This document shows positions 37,289 through 49,900 of a stretch of 54,186 nucleotides of DNA, piece by piece (the first letter of the stretch is position 1; each line of letters begins with the position of its first letter). This stretch comes from Octopus bimaculoides (taxonomy: Eukaryota): positions 57,549,562 to 57,603,747 of the forward strand of contig NC_068986.1 of NCBI RefSeq assembly GCF_001194135.2, in the 5' to 3' direction. Both the position numbers and the translations under genes were made by a program. The notes below the pieces were generated by a model that saw only the letters and a program-made list of their open reading frames with translations, made no database searches and was not told the origin of the DNA.

Positions 37289-37544
37289 TTGGGTTGGTAC
37301 ATAATTATTGCGGCTTTTTTTTTTTATCAATAAATTTTATTCAACGAAAACAATAACAATATTTAACAAAAACATCTTTAAATGACGGTCTGACCGTCTG
37401 CCAAGTAAATGGGAAGCAGTAATTGAAGTAGATGGTGAATATGCTTCGGAATAATCATTTAAAGATGTTTTTGTTACACGTTGTTATTGTTTTTGTTGAA
37501 TAAAATTTGTTAAAAGAAGCCGCAATAATTATGCACCAACCCAA
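37289..37544. mobile_element. Mariner-derived MITE (256 bp) with TA TSD
   Basis: TIR TTGGGTTGGTACATAATTATTGCGGCTT / AAGCCGCAATAATTATGCACCAACCCAA; TA at 37287-37288 and 37545-37546; internal transposase C-terminal remnant RLPSKWEAVIEVDGEYASE*. Confidence 0.92.
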
Positions 37545-40133
37545 TAAAATATATGTTAAAACGCTGTTTTTTTTAAAGGTTGTTTAACTTTATCAAACGT
37601 ATATTATACTGAGCAAATATTTCTCCTCGTTAAGAATAGGTTCTTATTTTGGAAAAAGAATCTATATTTTACGTAAAAGTAGACTGTGCCGCTGTGGTGC
37701 TTATAATGTGGCGGCGCTTCTTAATATGATGCGTTCATTGAAGTGTATTTACCCCTGTTCAATCGAAAGGATTCCGTCTTAAAATCACAATTATACTATA
37801 GGATATACTTACTGCAATAATCAGCGAAGCTAAAGATGATTTCATAGTTCTTTGGACGTTACTCAGCTGAAGACATGTACATGTATATATTATCGGATCA
37901 TATTAATGCAATAATGTGTATACTGTTTCAGATATGATAGATAAATTGTCGTTCAGAGAATGGTATTACTGTTAACTGATAAGGGAATAGAGGAATTCCT
38001 CATTGATCTCTACATTACGTAAATGACATATGCAGTGTACCAGAATGATTTAATCATGAATGTAAAGGAAATTTCTTCATCATACAGTCATGCCTCTACT
38101 TATTGGTACTTATTTTATGAGTTTACGCAAAGGAGAAAGTTTAGTGGGAACTGAATTCGGTATGTTAAAAGACCCATGAACCACAATCATTTTATTCGAT
38201 GCCTTACCGTTTGTATCCATTCATCACTCAAGTGGCAGCAAAATGATGGAGGCCTACATAAAGACCAATTTAGAGCTTTTGATAAGAACTGTATCATATA
38301 TAATTTATAGAGAGAAATATGTACTGTGATATTTCTTCAGTGTAACCCAATTTTTTACTACCAAGCGAACGTCTCCACTGAATGGGAAAAACTTTCTACT
38401 CGTGGTACCATACTTGGTGTATGTTATTTTATGACAGCCTTACTCTATGTGACAAGTTAGCAAGCAATCATTAATTAGCATTTAAAATGCCAATTAAATA
38501 AACTTAATCCACACTGTGTTTCTCAGAGGCTTACCTATTTATGGAGTGTTTAGTTTATATTTTATTTTTATGTTTATATTTTTTTGTGGGAGTATGTAAA
38601 ATTTCGTGGCTCACAGCGGGATGCAGATATACATAATTAAACAGTTGTTTCAAATACAAGTTAAGTCTGGTTTTAGTGGGGTGGAACAGAAATGTCGAAA
38701 AACGTCCTACCAAGGTCTTAACTGGAGATTGGTATCTACCGTGAAGTTGTTTTAGATGACTTCTAAGTAGATTTCAAGAAGCATTTGTAAGAAATAAGAG
38801 AAGGTCGTGAGTCTGAAGTGATAGGTATAATTATATAGACTCACAGCTAGAGTACCTGATTGCAATATTGTTGAATATTTGTTTTCTTTTTAACACACAT
38901 TCTAGTTTTATTCTCACAAGGAAATGTAATATGGTCCGATTACTTGAAAAGTTTAAATGAAGCAGAATGGGAAAACATAGACTAGATGGCTGAGTTTAGT
39001 TTATATGGTAATTCATAAACTTTCACTGTTAAACTCACTAAAGTTCTTATGAAGAAAATACATAACAGAAAACTCAGCAATTGGTTTCATGATTTTTAAC
39101 GTTGTGGGCTGAGTCTGAAAATTATTATTCAATTTGAAATCAAATTAATAATGTAGTAAAGACTAAAGTCGATTATATAGTTCTCCTATAACTTCTTTTT
39201 CTGCTCTACATTTTCTCCTATTTACAACGTGTCCCTCTTAAAGTTAAAACAGATATGCAATCATCCATGTACGAATTAAGAGATATTAATAAACTATTTC
39301 TTGAAGAAAAATGTCCGTATGAAAATGCATAGAAAACGTTGAATAAATCTGACGTATTTCAACTTGTTTATGACACAAGGGTAATTAAGACTTCAATTAA
39401 TATCTACACTAGTCGACATTCCATCGATCCAAACCCGATCCACTCCTTTCAAAGTTATTAGCTGTATTAATTAACTATGTGGTAAGTTTTTCTCTCCATT
39501 GTCTCTATCGGTATGTGTCCTAAATACCTCTGAAACACTAATAATAATAAACTATTCACTTTTCACCTTTCTAGTGTCACAAAAACGGATTTGTACTTTC
39601 TCTGAGAAATTATTTTCATCAAAATTTCCGATGTTTCTTGAGAAATTTATATAACTAGACTTTAAATAAGCATAATTTGTCCGCCAAACATATTTTCTAT
39701 ATTTGAAAAGATAAAGCAGACAGCGATTATTACTTTTTAAATTCTCTTTTATTAACATATCGTAATAGTTTTTCTTTTCTTTTCCTGCATATCGTTATAG
39801 TGGATTCATTCATAAATTTCATATATCTCCAAACTGGAAGAATCTTTTTCCCCACTCTGCTTGGAGCCATATATTTGACGCTGACCATTCTTTCGAAGAT
39901 ATACTTTCCTCGACATGTTCGGTTTGTGAGTTGGTGAAAGTGCACTTTAAACATCTAAGCAAGTTTCAACCCAGAAGCCAGAGACTTGAAAAAATACTAG
40001 AAGGCATCCGGTTCAACAGTGTTATATTTCTTTCCATCTACTGTCCAAGTTTAATGCACTTATTTTATTGACGATGCTCTGAAGACGCTGCTGAATCTCC
40101 GCCTTAGATAGGAAGAAACAAAAGGTAGCGTAC

Positions 40134-40164
<31 letters not shown>

Positions 40165-40189
40165 NNNNNNNNNNNNNNNNNNNNNNNNN

Positions 40190-40240
<51 letters not shown>

Positions 40241-40380
40241 GTAATATAATATATATTCAAAAATATACATACACGCATAAACGCACAAACACACACACGC
40301 ACACATACACAAATACACGCACACACACGCACACACACACACACAAACACACACACACAAACACACACACATACACACAT

Positions 40381-40427
<47 letters not shown>

Positions 40428-40926
40428 CGTCAAAAATAATTGAGATTTACTTGAATTAGGTACTTAGGTTGATGCATGAAGTCGGCCCGGTATTATCCGC
40501 ACAGCCCGAATAACGGTGAATAAAATAAAAATAAGCAACAGGATATCAAGTAGCAGCTCCATTTAACTGAGCAATGCAATAGTTACATCAATATAAATGC
40601 AATGCCATCTTCAGCTGCACAAATAAACCAATGGAATTTTAACAAGTAGGACACATTTACATAATTTTTCTCAAATATTTTAACAGAGCAAGAAGATGGA
40701 AGAAATTCATGTTGTCGCTATTGTAGCTGAGAATAAGACTACAACTTCTAAGAATCACATGGAGCATAGTGGGCTCATATGGTTGTAAGGGATTGTAATT
40801 CATTTCTAATTCATTTATCGCTTTATCAACTACTAAATCTAAGACTCGAAGAATGTGTCTATTTTGAATAAAGGACAAGAGTGAATTGACAGCCTATGGC
40901 TAGGTATAGTCATAAATATATATACG

Positions 40927-40966
<40 letters not shown>

Positions 40967-40983
40967 GTATGTATGTGTATGTA

Positions 40984-41668
40984 TGGCTGCACAAAGTCAG
41001 TGATTGCGGACAAATACCATTAAGGCCAAAATTGCCAAATCCGTGAAAAATGTGAAGTGCAGAGTATATAAAGTTAAAGAGGAATCCGTTATGCACATAA
41101 TAAATTTTTGTAGTTCCTTGTCACAAAAGGATTATAGACGCAGACACGACTGTATGACCAAGGCACTGCACTGGGACACATTAAGGCAAAGGGGATTTAA
41201 AGTAGGAAGAAAATGGTACGAACATCAACCAGAAAGTATATGGAAAACGACCATTACAAGATTCTGTGGGATTTTAATGTACAGGTTGCTAAATTCAGGC
41301 CTGGCGGCCAGATATTGGTTTTGTGAGTAAGGGAAAAGAGTGCTCCGTCAAAGATGTGGCTATATCTGCAGACATAAAAGTAGCTGCCAATAAACAGTTA
41401 AAAATAGGAAATACCAAGATTTAGTTAGGGAAATACGACGACTGTGGAAGCTTTCTGCAAAAGTAACCCCAGTTATTATAGGTACCCAACACCAACAGAC
41501 TTAACAGCGCCCTTATTGAAATTGGTGTAACTACGAGAGTTAATTCAGAAATTTGTTCTTTTGGGAACATCAAGGATTCTAAGAAAGGAACTCGATATAT
41601 AAAGAAACTCGCTGTGACCCGCTATCGAGGACATTAAATTCGAATGTAAAACTTTCGCGCACACTATC
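40984..41668 (+). mobile_element. 5'-truncated R4/Dong-type non-LTR retrotransposon (zinc knuckle + restriction-like endonuclease)
   Basis: MAAQSQ*LRTNTIKAKI...KCRVY...HIINFC...YRRRHD...ALHW...WYEHQPE / ENDHYKILWDFNVQ / RPDI...KDVAISAD...KYQDL...W...VTPVIIGT...VLLGTSRILRKELDI*; short 3' UTR followed by (AAT)n. Confidence 0.9.
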
Positions 41669-41685
41669 AATAATAATAGTAATAA

Positions 41686-41896
41686 TCCTTTCTTTTATAA
41701 GCACAAGACGTGAAATTTTGGGAGTTGGGGGACTTGCCGATTACATTGATCCTAATGCGTAATTGGGAGTTATTTCATCGGCCCAAAAAGGATGAAAAAC
41801 AAAGTCGGCTACAACGGAATTTCAACTCAGAAAAATAAAGACAGACGAAATACCGCTCAGCATTTTGTCCGGTGTGATTACGGTTCTACCAGCTCC
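41686..41896 (-). mobile_element. SINE array copy A
   Basis: tRNA-SINE body; tail ...CTTGTGCTTATAAAAGAAAGG(ATT)n on minus. Confidence 0.85.
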
Positions 41897-41980
41897 GAAC
41901 TTCTAACTTGTTGTCTCTTGAGGTCTCTGGGTGAGACTTGGATCCAACTTGTACAAATGCAAAACAAAAGTCATACATAA

Positions 41981-42091
<111 letters not shown>

Positions 42092-42303
42092 CCTTTCTTC
42101 TAAAGGTACAAGACCTGAAATTTGTGGGGTGGGGACTAGTCGATTACATCGATCCCAGTGTTTCACTGGTACTTAATTTATCGACCCCCAAAAGATGAAA
42201 CGGAAAGTTGACCTCGCTGGAATTTGAACTCAGAACGTAGCGGCAGACCAAATACCGATAAGCATTTCGCCCGGCGAGCTAACGACTCTGCCAGCTCACC
42301 GCC
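42092..42303 (-). mobile_element. SINE array copy B
   Basis: Head GGCGGTGAGCTGGCAGAG, B box GAGTTCAAATTCC, (ATT)n tail. Confidence 0.9.
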
Positions 42304-42305
42304 TT

Positions 42306-42518
42306 CGATTTAAAATTTTGCCACAAGGGCAGCCATTTTGGAGAAGAGGATGTGTCGATTACATCAACCCCATTTTTCAACTAGTACTTAATTTATCGAC
42401 CTCGAAATGATGAAAGGCAAAGTCGACCTCGGCGAAATTTGAACTTAGAACGCAGTGCTAAGAGAAATACCACTAAGCACTTCGTCCAGCGTGCTAACAA
42501 TTCTTCCAGCTCACCGCC
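42306..42518 (-). mobile_element. SINE array copy C (alternative tail subtype)
   Basis: Head GGCGGTGAGCTGGAAGAA; tail GGCTGCCCTTGTGGCAAAATTTT abuts the head of copy B. Confidence 0.88.
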
Positions 42519-42528
42519 TAATAATAAT

Positions 42529-42737
42529 CCTTTCCACTGGAAGCACAAGGCCTCAAATTTGGGGGAAGGGAGATAGTCGATTACATCGACCCCAATGCAT
42601 AACTGGTACTTATTTAATCGACCCCGAAAGGATGAAAGGCAAAGTCAACCCCGGTCGAATTTGAACTCAGAACCTAACAACAGACGAAATACCACTGAGC
42701 ATTTCGTCCAGCGTGCTATCGATTCTGTCAGCTCACC
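42529..42737 (-). mobile_element. SINE array copy D
   Basis: Head GGTGAGCTGACAGAA; tail GGCCTTGTGCTTCCAGTGGAAAGG(ATT)3 abuts the head of copy C. Confidence 0.9.
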
Positions 42738-42744
42738 TAATAAC

Positions 42745-42812
<68 letters not shown>

Positions 42813-42826
42813 TAATAATAATAATA
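42738..42826. repeat. (TAA)n microsatellite
   Basis: Direct. Confidence 0.97.
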
Positions 42827-42965
42827 AATGAGTTTCTCTGCCCTAGGTGTACGGAAAACACTCGGCGAGAAATGGAAGAAAATTTGAAGAAAGAAGAAGA
42901 AAAAATAGCATAATAATAACAGCCACAACAATAATGATTATGATGATGATGATGATGATGATGAT

Positions 42966-43171
42966 GGTTTCAAATTTTTTGCCATAAGGGCAGCCACTTT
43001 CGGGGACGGGACAAGTCGATTACAACGACCTCCAGTGTTTCACTGTTACTCAATTTATCGACCCAGAAAGGATTAAAAGCAAAGTTGCCCGGGACGGAAG
43101 TTGAACTCAGAACGTAGCGGCAAATGAAATACCGCTAAGCATTTCGCTAACGATTCTGCCAGCTCGCCGCC
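42966..43171 (-). mobile_element. SINE array copy E (alternative tail subtype, ending in (ATC)n)
   Basis: Head GGCGGCGAGCTGGCAGAA; tail GGCTGCCCTTATGGCAAAAAATTTGAAACC(ATC)n. Confidence 0.88.
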
Positions 43172-43200
43172 TAAAAATACTAATAATAACAACAACAACA

Positions 43201-43234
43201 ATGACGACGACGACGACGACGACGACGACGATGA

Positions 43235-43311
<77 letters not shown>

Positions 43312-43318
43312 GTGATGT

Positions 43319-43358
<40 letters not shown>
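43201..43358. repeat. (GAC)n/(GAT)n microsatellite running into gap
   Basis: Direct. Confidence 0.97.
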
Positions 43359-44198
43359 NNNNNNNNNNNNNNNNNNNNNNNNNNNNNNNNNNNNNNNNNN
43401 NNNNNNNNNNNNNNNNNNNNNNNNNNNNNNNNNNNNNNNNNNNNNNNNNNNNNNNNNNNNNNNNNNNNNNNNNNNNNNNNNNNNNNNNNNNNNNNNNNNN
43501 NNNNNNNNNNNNNNNNNNNNNNNNNNNNNNNNNNNNNNNNNNNNNNNNNNNNNNNNNNNNNNNNNNNNNNNNNNNNNNNNNNNNNNNNNNNNNNNNNNNN
43601 NNNNNNNNNNNNNNNNNNNNNNNNNNNNNNNNNNNNNNNNNNNNNNNNNNNNNNNNNNNNNNNNNNNNNNNNNNNNNNNNNNNNNNNNNNNNNNNNNNNN
43701 NNNNNNNNNNNNNNNNNNNNNNNNNNNNNNNNNNNNNNNNNNNNNNNNNNNNNNNTTTTCGTTTTCTTCGTTTTCACTAGTAAGAAACCTCTGAACATTA
43801 TGCACCCTGCACTAGACATCTTGTTGCAATTGATGTGGTCATGCTTAAATGCATCAGTGCGTACGGAAGACTTAATCGCCTGTTATATACCTAAAAGTGT
43901 GAATTCAACGTGTGGGTGTTTATGTGTGTGTGTGTCTGTGTGTATGTGTGTAAGTGCATGTGTGTGTGCGTCTTTTCAATTTCTTAAACTTTACGTGTAT
44001 TTTTTTTCTTTTTCATCCCTTAAATCCATTCACTTCTTTACCATAATCTTCCTTTATAATTCCGTCTTCCTTCTCCTCGTCATCATCATCACTCTCACCA
44101 ACATCACCGGTCATTATCATCATCATTATCATCGTCATCATTATCGTCTTCAGAAGCATCATTACTTTCGTCATCATTGTCATCGTCGTCGTAGTCGC

Positions 44199-44233
<35 letters not shown>

Positions 44234-44669
44234 ACTAAGTACTCATCTACTAGACAAATCGCAGTGACCCTGTAGTTTCTAGGCTCTGATATCATCTTCC
44301 TTATTATAAAAACGTTGTTCCAGTTAGTAGGTATTTCATTCGCTTTGATACGTTTTGTGAAGTTGGCGACCAACTGGCTTCCTTCTTTCTTTGAGGAACT
44401 CGATGAGCATTTCATCTTCACCTGACACCTTTCTGATTTTCACGCGTTTCAATATATTCTTAATTTAATCATTTCATGTGCCTGGTACGTCATCTTTATC
44501 AACTACGTTAACTTTGCAGGTTCTTAAGTTATTCTTCCTTGACTTTAAATCTTAGTGATAGTCTTTTAGTTCATGAATGAACGCCTTCTTTATTCATGCG
44601 ACTTCGAAACAATAATTTGTGATATCTCAAAATCATGATGTTTTTGGGGAAATTTTATTATTATTATTA

Positions 44670-46882
44670 CCAACAATTATGAGGTGTGAAGCTGTCAGAA
44701 CCGTCTTTGAAAAGACTGTACAAAAACCTCGTGGAAACGCCCACAGCAAAGACCAGGGGGACACTCCTGCCAGACAACAATAGTAAGTAGAGTTCTCCTC
44801 TAAATTTATTTTACAATGGTGATGCTCAGAATAGATTGTGTAAATGTCAGGGGCCTCGGTTACCTTTTTAAATGATCTGAGATCCCTTAGTATAGATGTT
44901 GCAGCCATTACTGAATCCAGACTATCCGACCTACCGGACCTCATCACCTTTTTTGGTGGATGCGAGATCTACCTATCTCCGTGTCGACCGAGAGGGGCGG
45001 TGGTAGTACTGTGGTGTTTTTCCGGAAGGGTCTGGATTTGAAAATAAAAGCAGTCTTCCTGGATCAACAAGGTAAGTTGGTGATCCTAGATGTGAACTAA
45101 GACAAATCCACTGTCGTAATCCTTAATGTCGAATTGTTATAACGCCCACTTCAATATAGCAGTATAGGTTTTAGACGAGTAAAGACACGACGGCGGTGCT
45201 TTCAGACTGGTGACTGTCTGTGCTCCGACAGGGGCAGGGTGGTCTGATTACTTCAAGCGTCTGGAGGTTTTCCTGGGAACGACTCGGACTTTAGCATTAG
45301 TAGGGGGTTGGAACGCTGTTTTAGATGGCCGTTTCGATTGCGTGGGAATATCTGATAGAAATATGGGTGCAAAAGCCTCAAAAACCTGCTCACACGTTTT
45401 TAATTATGTGACAGGTACCAACTAAAATACTCGAATGTGCCAATGTGACACATTCGGGTCATCTAGATCGTGTCTAGATAGGATATTTTGTAGGCCAGCG
45501 GACAAGGATAGCATAGGGTGTCCACAAATTCACATGGTCGGTTACACAGACCACAGATCTGCGATCTGTACGGTCGACTTAGATAGGCTTCATAGACAGA
45601 GTCCCGGTTACTGGAAGCTGAACACGTCGTTACCGGCGTGTCAAGCTTAGAGAGACCGGATCAGCAAATTAGTTAAGGGCAATTAGCGGTAGAGATAAAT
45701 AAAATAGAGGAAGATTTAGTTAGAAAGTTAGATGAGGCGCTTACTCTTCCGCTTTCTGTGGAAGGGGCGCTTTCCACTAGTCAGGCATTCCATCTGCTGT
45801 CAGCAGCCGCTGAATGGAGGGCTGGGCATGCCATGGTTACTAATGCGCAGACAACGTTTCCTTGACGGTGAACAAGTGTGGTCACCGTTTGTAAGAGACA
45901 CTTTTCCACAGCTCGTCTCTTTGATTGAGCTGCAATCCTGGATTAGGCATAGACCGAGGAGGGGTGCTTGGCACCTCGAGTGGTGTCAAGCGCTCACAGC
46001 CTTCCGCCAGGCGGGAAATGCGGTCGGTGGTAGTTCAACTCTAGCGTTCTATAGAGGTCTAGTGGAGGGAAACTCCGACGACGTTCTCGGATGAAGATTA
46101 ACTAACCGGTCTGTTTCAGAGAGCTTTCGCGCCTGGGGCTATGGATAACTTCCAGAAATCCCTTGCCTAGCAGTGCTACCAATGGGCGCTGCTTTTTCGG
46201 GATAAACTTTACAGGTAAGGAAGTGCCGTCAGCCGGGCCTGCCCGATGTGCGCCCAGAACGATGGAACCATGCTGCACGCCTTAGTCCAGTGCCCGAGTA
46301 TCGCTGACTTGTGGGTTTATGTCGAACACCTGCTATCGCATGTATGACGGATCTGGCTATCAGCTGAATCCATTGTGAAGATTGCCCCGCTGCCCTCTTT
46401 TGGCCGGGAGGGGCACGCTATTTTTATTTGTCTAATGGCTGTAGCGAAAGAGGTAGTATGGTGGACTCGTTTGAAAGGGCTAAAGACAGACACTTATGTC
46501 TTTGGCCAAGCCCTCATCAACTTTTTCAAGTTTCATTTGAAAAGGAAGTTGAGAGTGGAGAGGGAAGTGTTGCCTTGTAGTAAGTTTATTGAAAGGTGGA
46601 TGAATGCTGGAAGAATGACCAGTGTGAAAGGACCAGTTCTGAGCGAGCTCTTGTGAAAAAGAGAAGGGCTCTTGCCTTGTTGTTCAGACATTCGTGGCTT
46701 TCGTGGGTTTTTCCACGAGGACCTTAAAGCGCCTTCCCTATTGGTAGTTTAATTTGTTTGATTTTTAACTGTTATATATATTGTGTACACGCGAAAACCC
46801 ATTGTATCGTCCTATTTTGTCTTTAATGTTGTTATATGTCTTTTAATGTTATTTTATGTGAGCCCTTGTGGCTAATAAAAAA
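44670..46882 (+). mobile_element. Tx1/L1-type LINE, 5'-truncated and lacking the RT domain
   Basis: ORF2 start MVMLRIDCVNVRGL at 44816; APE motifs DVAAITES, GGWNAVLD, LDRIF, TDH, PGYWKLNTSL; joined at ~45732 to LFRFLWKGR...GGLGMP; zinc knuckle CPMC...HALVQC; T-rich 3' UTR ending AATAAAAAA. Confidence 0.88.
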
Positions 46883-46896
46883 TTGAATTATTATAG

Positions 46897-46934
<38 letters not shown>

Positions 46935-49900
46935 TGTACCGCTTGTTCAATTTCGTTTTATTGTTTTCCCTTATCCATACGTCTAGTGGTTTTACAAGTT
47001 TCCGTAAAATCCTTTTTGTGGGTACTGTTATTGTTTTGATTCCGCACCCCTCCTCACCCGTCTCATAAACTTGAATGTTTCTAAAAAAAAATCACTTCTT
47101 CTTTAGTATGTTTCATTCTTACCCACGACCTTGGGTGTAGTGTCTGTGAGAAAGGTCAATCATTTCTAATTGAGACAGAATCATATGTCTCTCAGTTATC
47201 ATCTCGCCTTCAGTCAATATGATTGTTTTTCTTTAACATCATGTCAATTTCGAATTATTCTTGACTCTTACATTATCCAACATTTTCATTTGGCGTTGCT
47301 CCAGGTGACAAGAAGCTTTCGTTTACTTTTCTCTCGAACAGATGATAATATATGAATCAAGATTTTAACTAGATTTAATATAATCTTATTCTTCTATATT
47401 GTATATAATAATGCTGCCTGCCACTTTGAGTTACTTCGTTTAGATATATATAGATATCTTCATGCACACACACATATATGTGTGCGGTGGTGTGTGTGAT
47501 ATATATAGAAAATCTATGAGCTTTTGATAAAATAAGAAACCCTCCTGTTCTCATAGTCATCATCAGCTGTAGCAGTAACACCACCACCAACATCAACATC
47601 ATCAGCTGCAGCAGCAATATCGTCATCATCATCTTCATTATTATTTGCTAATATTTTTTTGTTGGCTTACTTTATATTTCAGACAAAATATGGAAGTTTC
47701 TCTGAAAGCGAGAGTGTGAGAAGGGTGAATAAAATAAGTGGGGGAGAAAGAATTAAATGGAAATGAAAATCAAAGTGTGACGGTGAGACAGACAAATAGA
47801 GAAAGGATATAGATTGCGTGGCATATAAGATTGATAGGCACTAAAATTTAGTGAGTGCGCGGTTGTCAGCAGAAGTGGCATCACTCCTCTTTCTAGCTTA
47901 TGTCACTTGATCCCCCTCTGGAGATCTTGCTTACACGTAGAACCAATCCCAAGGGGAACGTCTGGAATGGAAAATGGAATGTACCAGCAAATATTAAGAT
48001 AGCGAAACAAATAATAAATAAAAATACCGCTTCACATACACACATTAATGTGACAGGTCTTACATACACACAGCATAGCGGACACGCATACACACCCGTA
48101 CACGTAGACTTGCACACATATGTACGTGAGAGGGTGTAGCAGTGTATATTTATGAGTATGTTTGTGTACGCATACATGAATATACAAAACGATATGTACA
48201 TATATTCATATTTTCTTTACACACACACACACACACACATACACACACACACACACGCGCACACACACGCACACACGCACACACACTCACACATATAACT
48301 GTGGAAACTGGTAAATCCGGGTGATCACCTGGTAATCAATAAGTAATTGATCTAATTTCAATCAAAATTATGGTCTATGAATATTATAACTATTCAGCCT
48401 ACAAATAACACAGAAAGATGCAACATCAACAGCAACAACAACAACGACAACGACGGAGACGACGAAAGAACTGACCAACAGGCAAGTACAACTTTTAAAA
48501 ACACCAGTCTCTCCTTCGCTAGTGCCACCATGTCCTCTCTTCAAAGAATAAAATTCTTTTCTCTTGGAGCGATAAATAAGATAAGAGGAATTAAGAATGA
48601 AGGGAGAAAGATGACAATATATGCAAAATAGTGGCAAGAGAATTATAATGTGTTACAGTAAAGATTTAGTGATTCACTGCAATGCAATTACAAGAGTTGA
48701 AATATAAAATAGTACAAGAAAAAGACTGAAATTTCACTTTAAATATAATTAGCAGTCATGGTATATTTCAAGCGAAAATATTCCTTTCCAAAGCTTGTGG
48801 AAAGAGAATATCTAGCTTCGTTATTATATCCGACCTATGAGAGATTTTAAAAATCTCGTATTACTCGCATGTGAATTATGGGGATTGAAATTGCCAAGAA
48901 TCTCTTATTATGGTTGTGCAAGATGTGGTGTCAAGAATAGTCTTATAGCCAGGGGGCGTTGTTAGATTGTCCAGTTTGATATTCGTTTAATTACTGTCGT
49001 TTGTTTATGACTAGTGTTGTCTTATGATGGCGTCTTTCATTCATAATTTTACATTTCTATATACGGCCTTAATCATCATCTGTGATGTCATTATGCGAGC
49101 ATTTGTCCAGGTGTCCTGTGATCGCTGAGGCGCATGTATTTAAGTATATATTATTTCAAATGTGCAAGTGTAGAATCGTGCAGCCGACATAATATTCTTT
49201 GCGTTTGGTGGACTTAATCTNNNNNNNNNNNNNNNNNNNNNNNNNNNNNNNNNNNNNNNNNNNNNNNNNNNNNNNNNNNNNNNNNNNNNNNNTATATATA
49301 TATATATATGTAATTGACGAGAAAGTTGGCCTGTGCACTTAGGCTATGTGCATTGGCGAACTGTTTCTTCTATAGATATTTTATCAGAGAATTTTTTGAG
49401 TAGACTCGCAGTTTATAGACTTCCCAGCACCAATGCAGCCAACATTGTTGACAGCAATGCTTGTTCACACGCGGGAGAGCGAAAACTTAAGTAACTCTTA
49501 AAAAATATTCTTTCATTTCTCAGGCTTGAGGTCCTGTTGGCGACTTTCAAAGGCCGTATTAAAATGCTACATTTGAAGATATTTCAACAACATTTTCTAA
49601 TATGCTGTAATTAATAATTGTTGTCAAAGAGCTCAGATAGTGAACACTTTGCCTGCGGACGAAATTTTGCCAGATTTCACATCTGAAACCTAAGTGGAAA
49701 AAAATGGTTTAAATCTTAAGACCAAAACAGTAATTTAATTGAGTTGTATACCCATGATTTGTACATAAAGATTCAGTATTTTTATCAGCACAAACGTGCC
49801 GCCACAAGTTCATATACACTAGTAATTCCAGTGGTTTTGAAAACGTTTCCAACTTCCTATATAATGCCTGCTACTTACATATTCGATAGATTGCGATTGA

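Noticed and set aside
48400-48560. Thr/Asn/Gln-rich reading frames
   Set aside because: Degenerate trinucleotide repeats with no splice or homology support.
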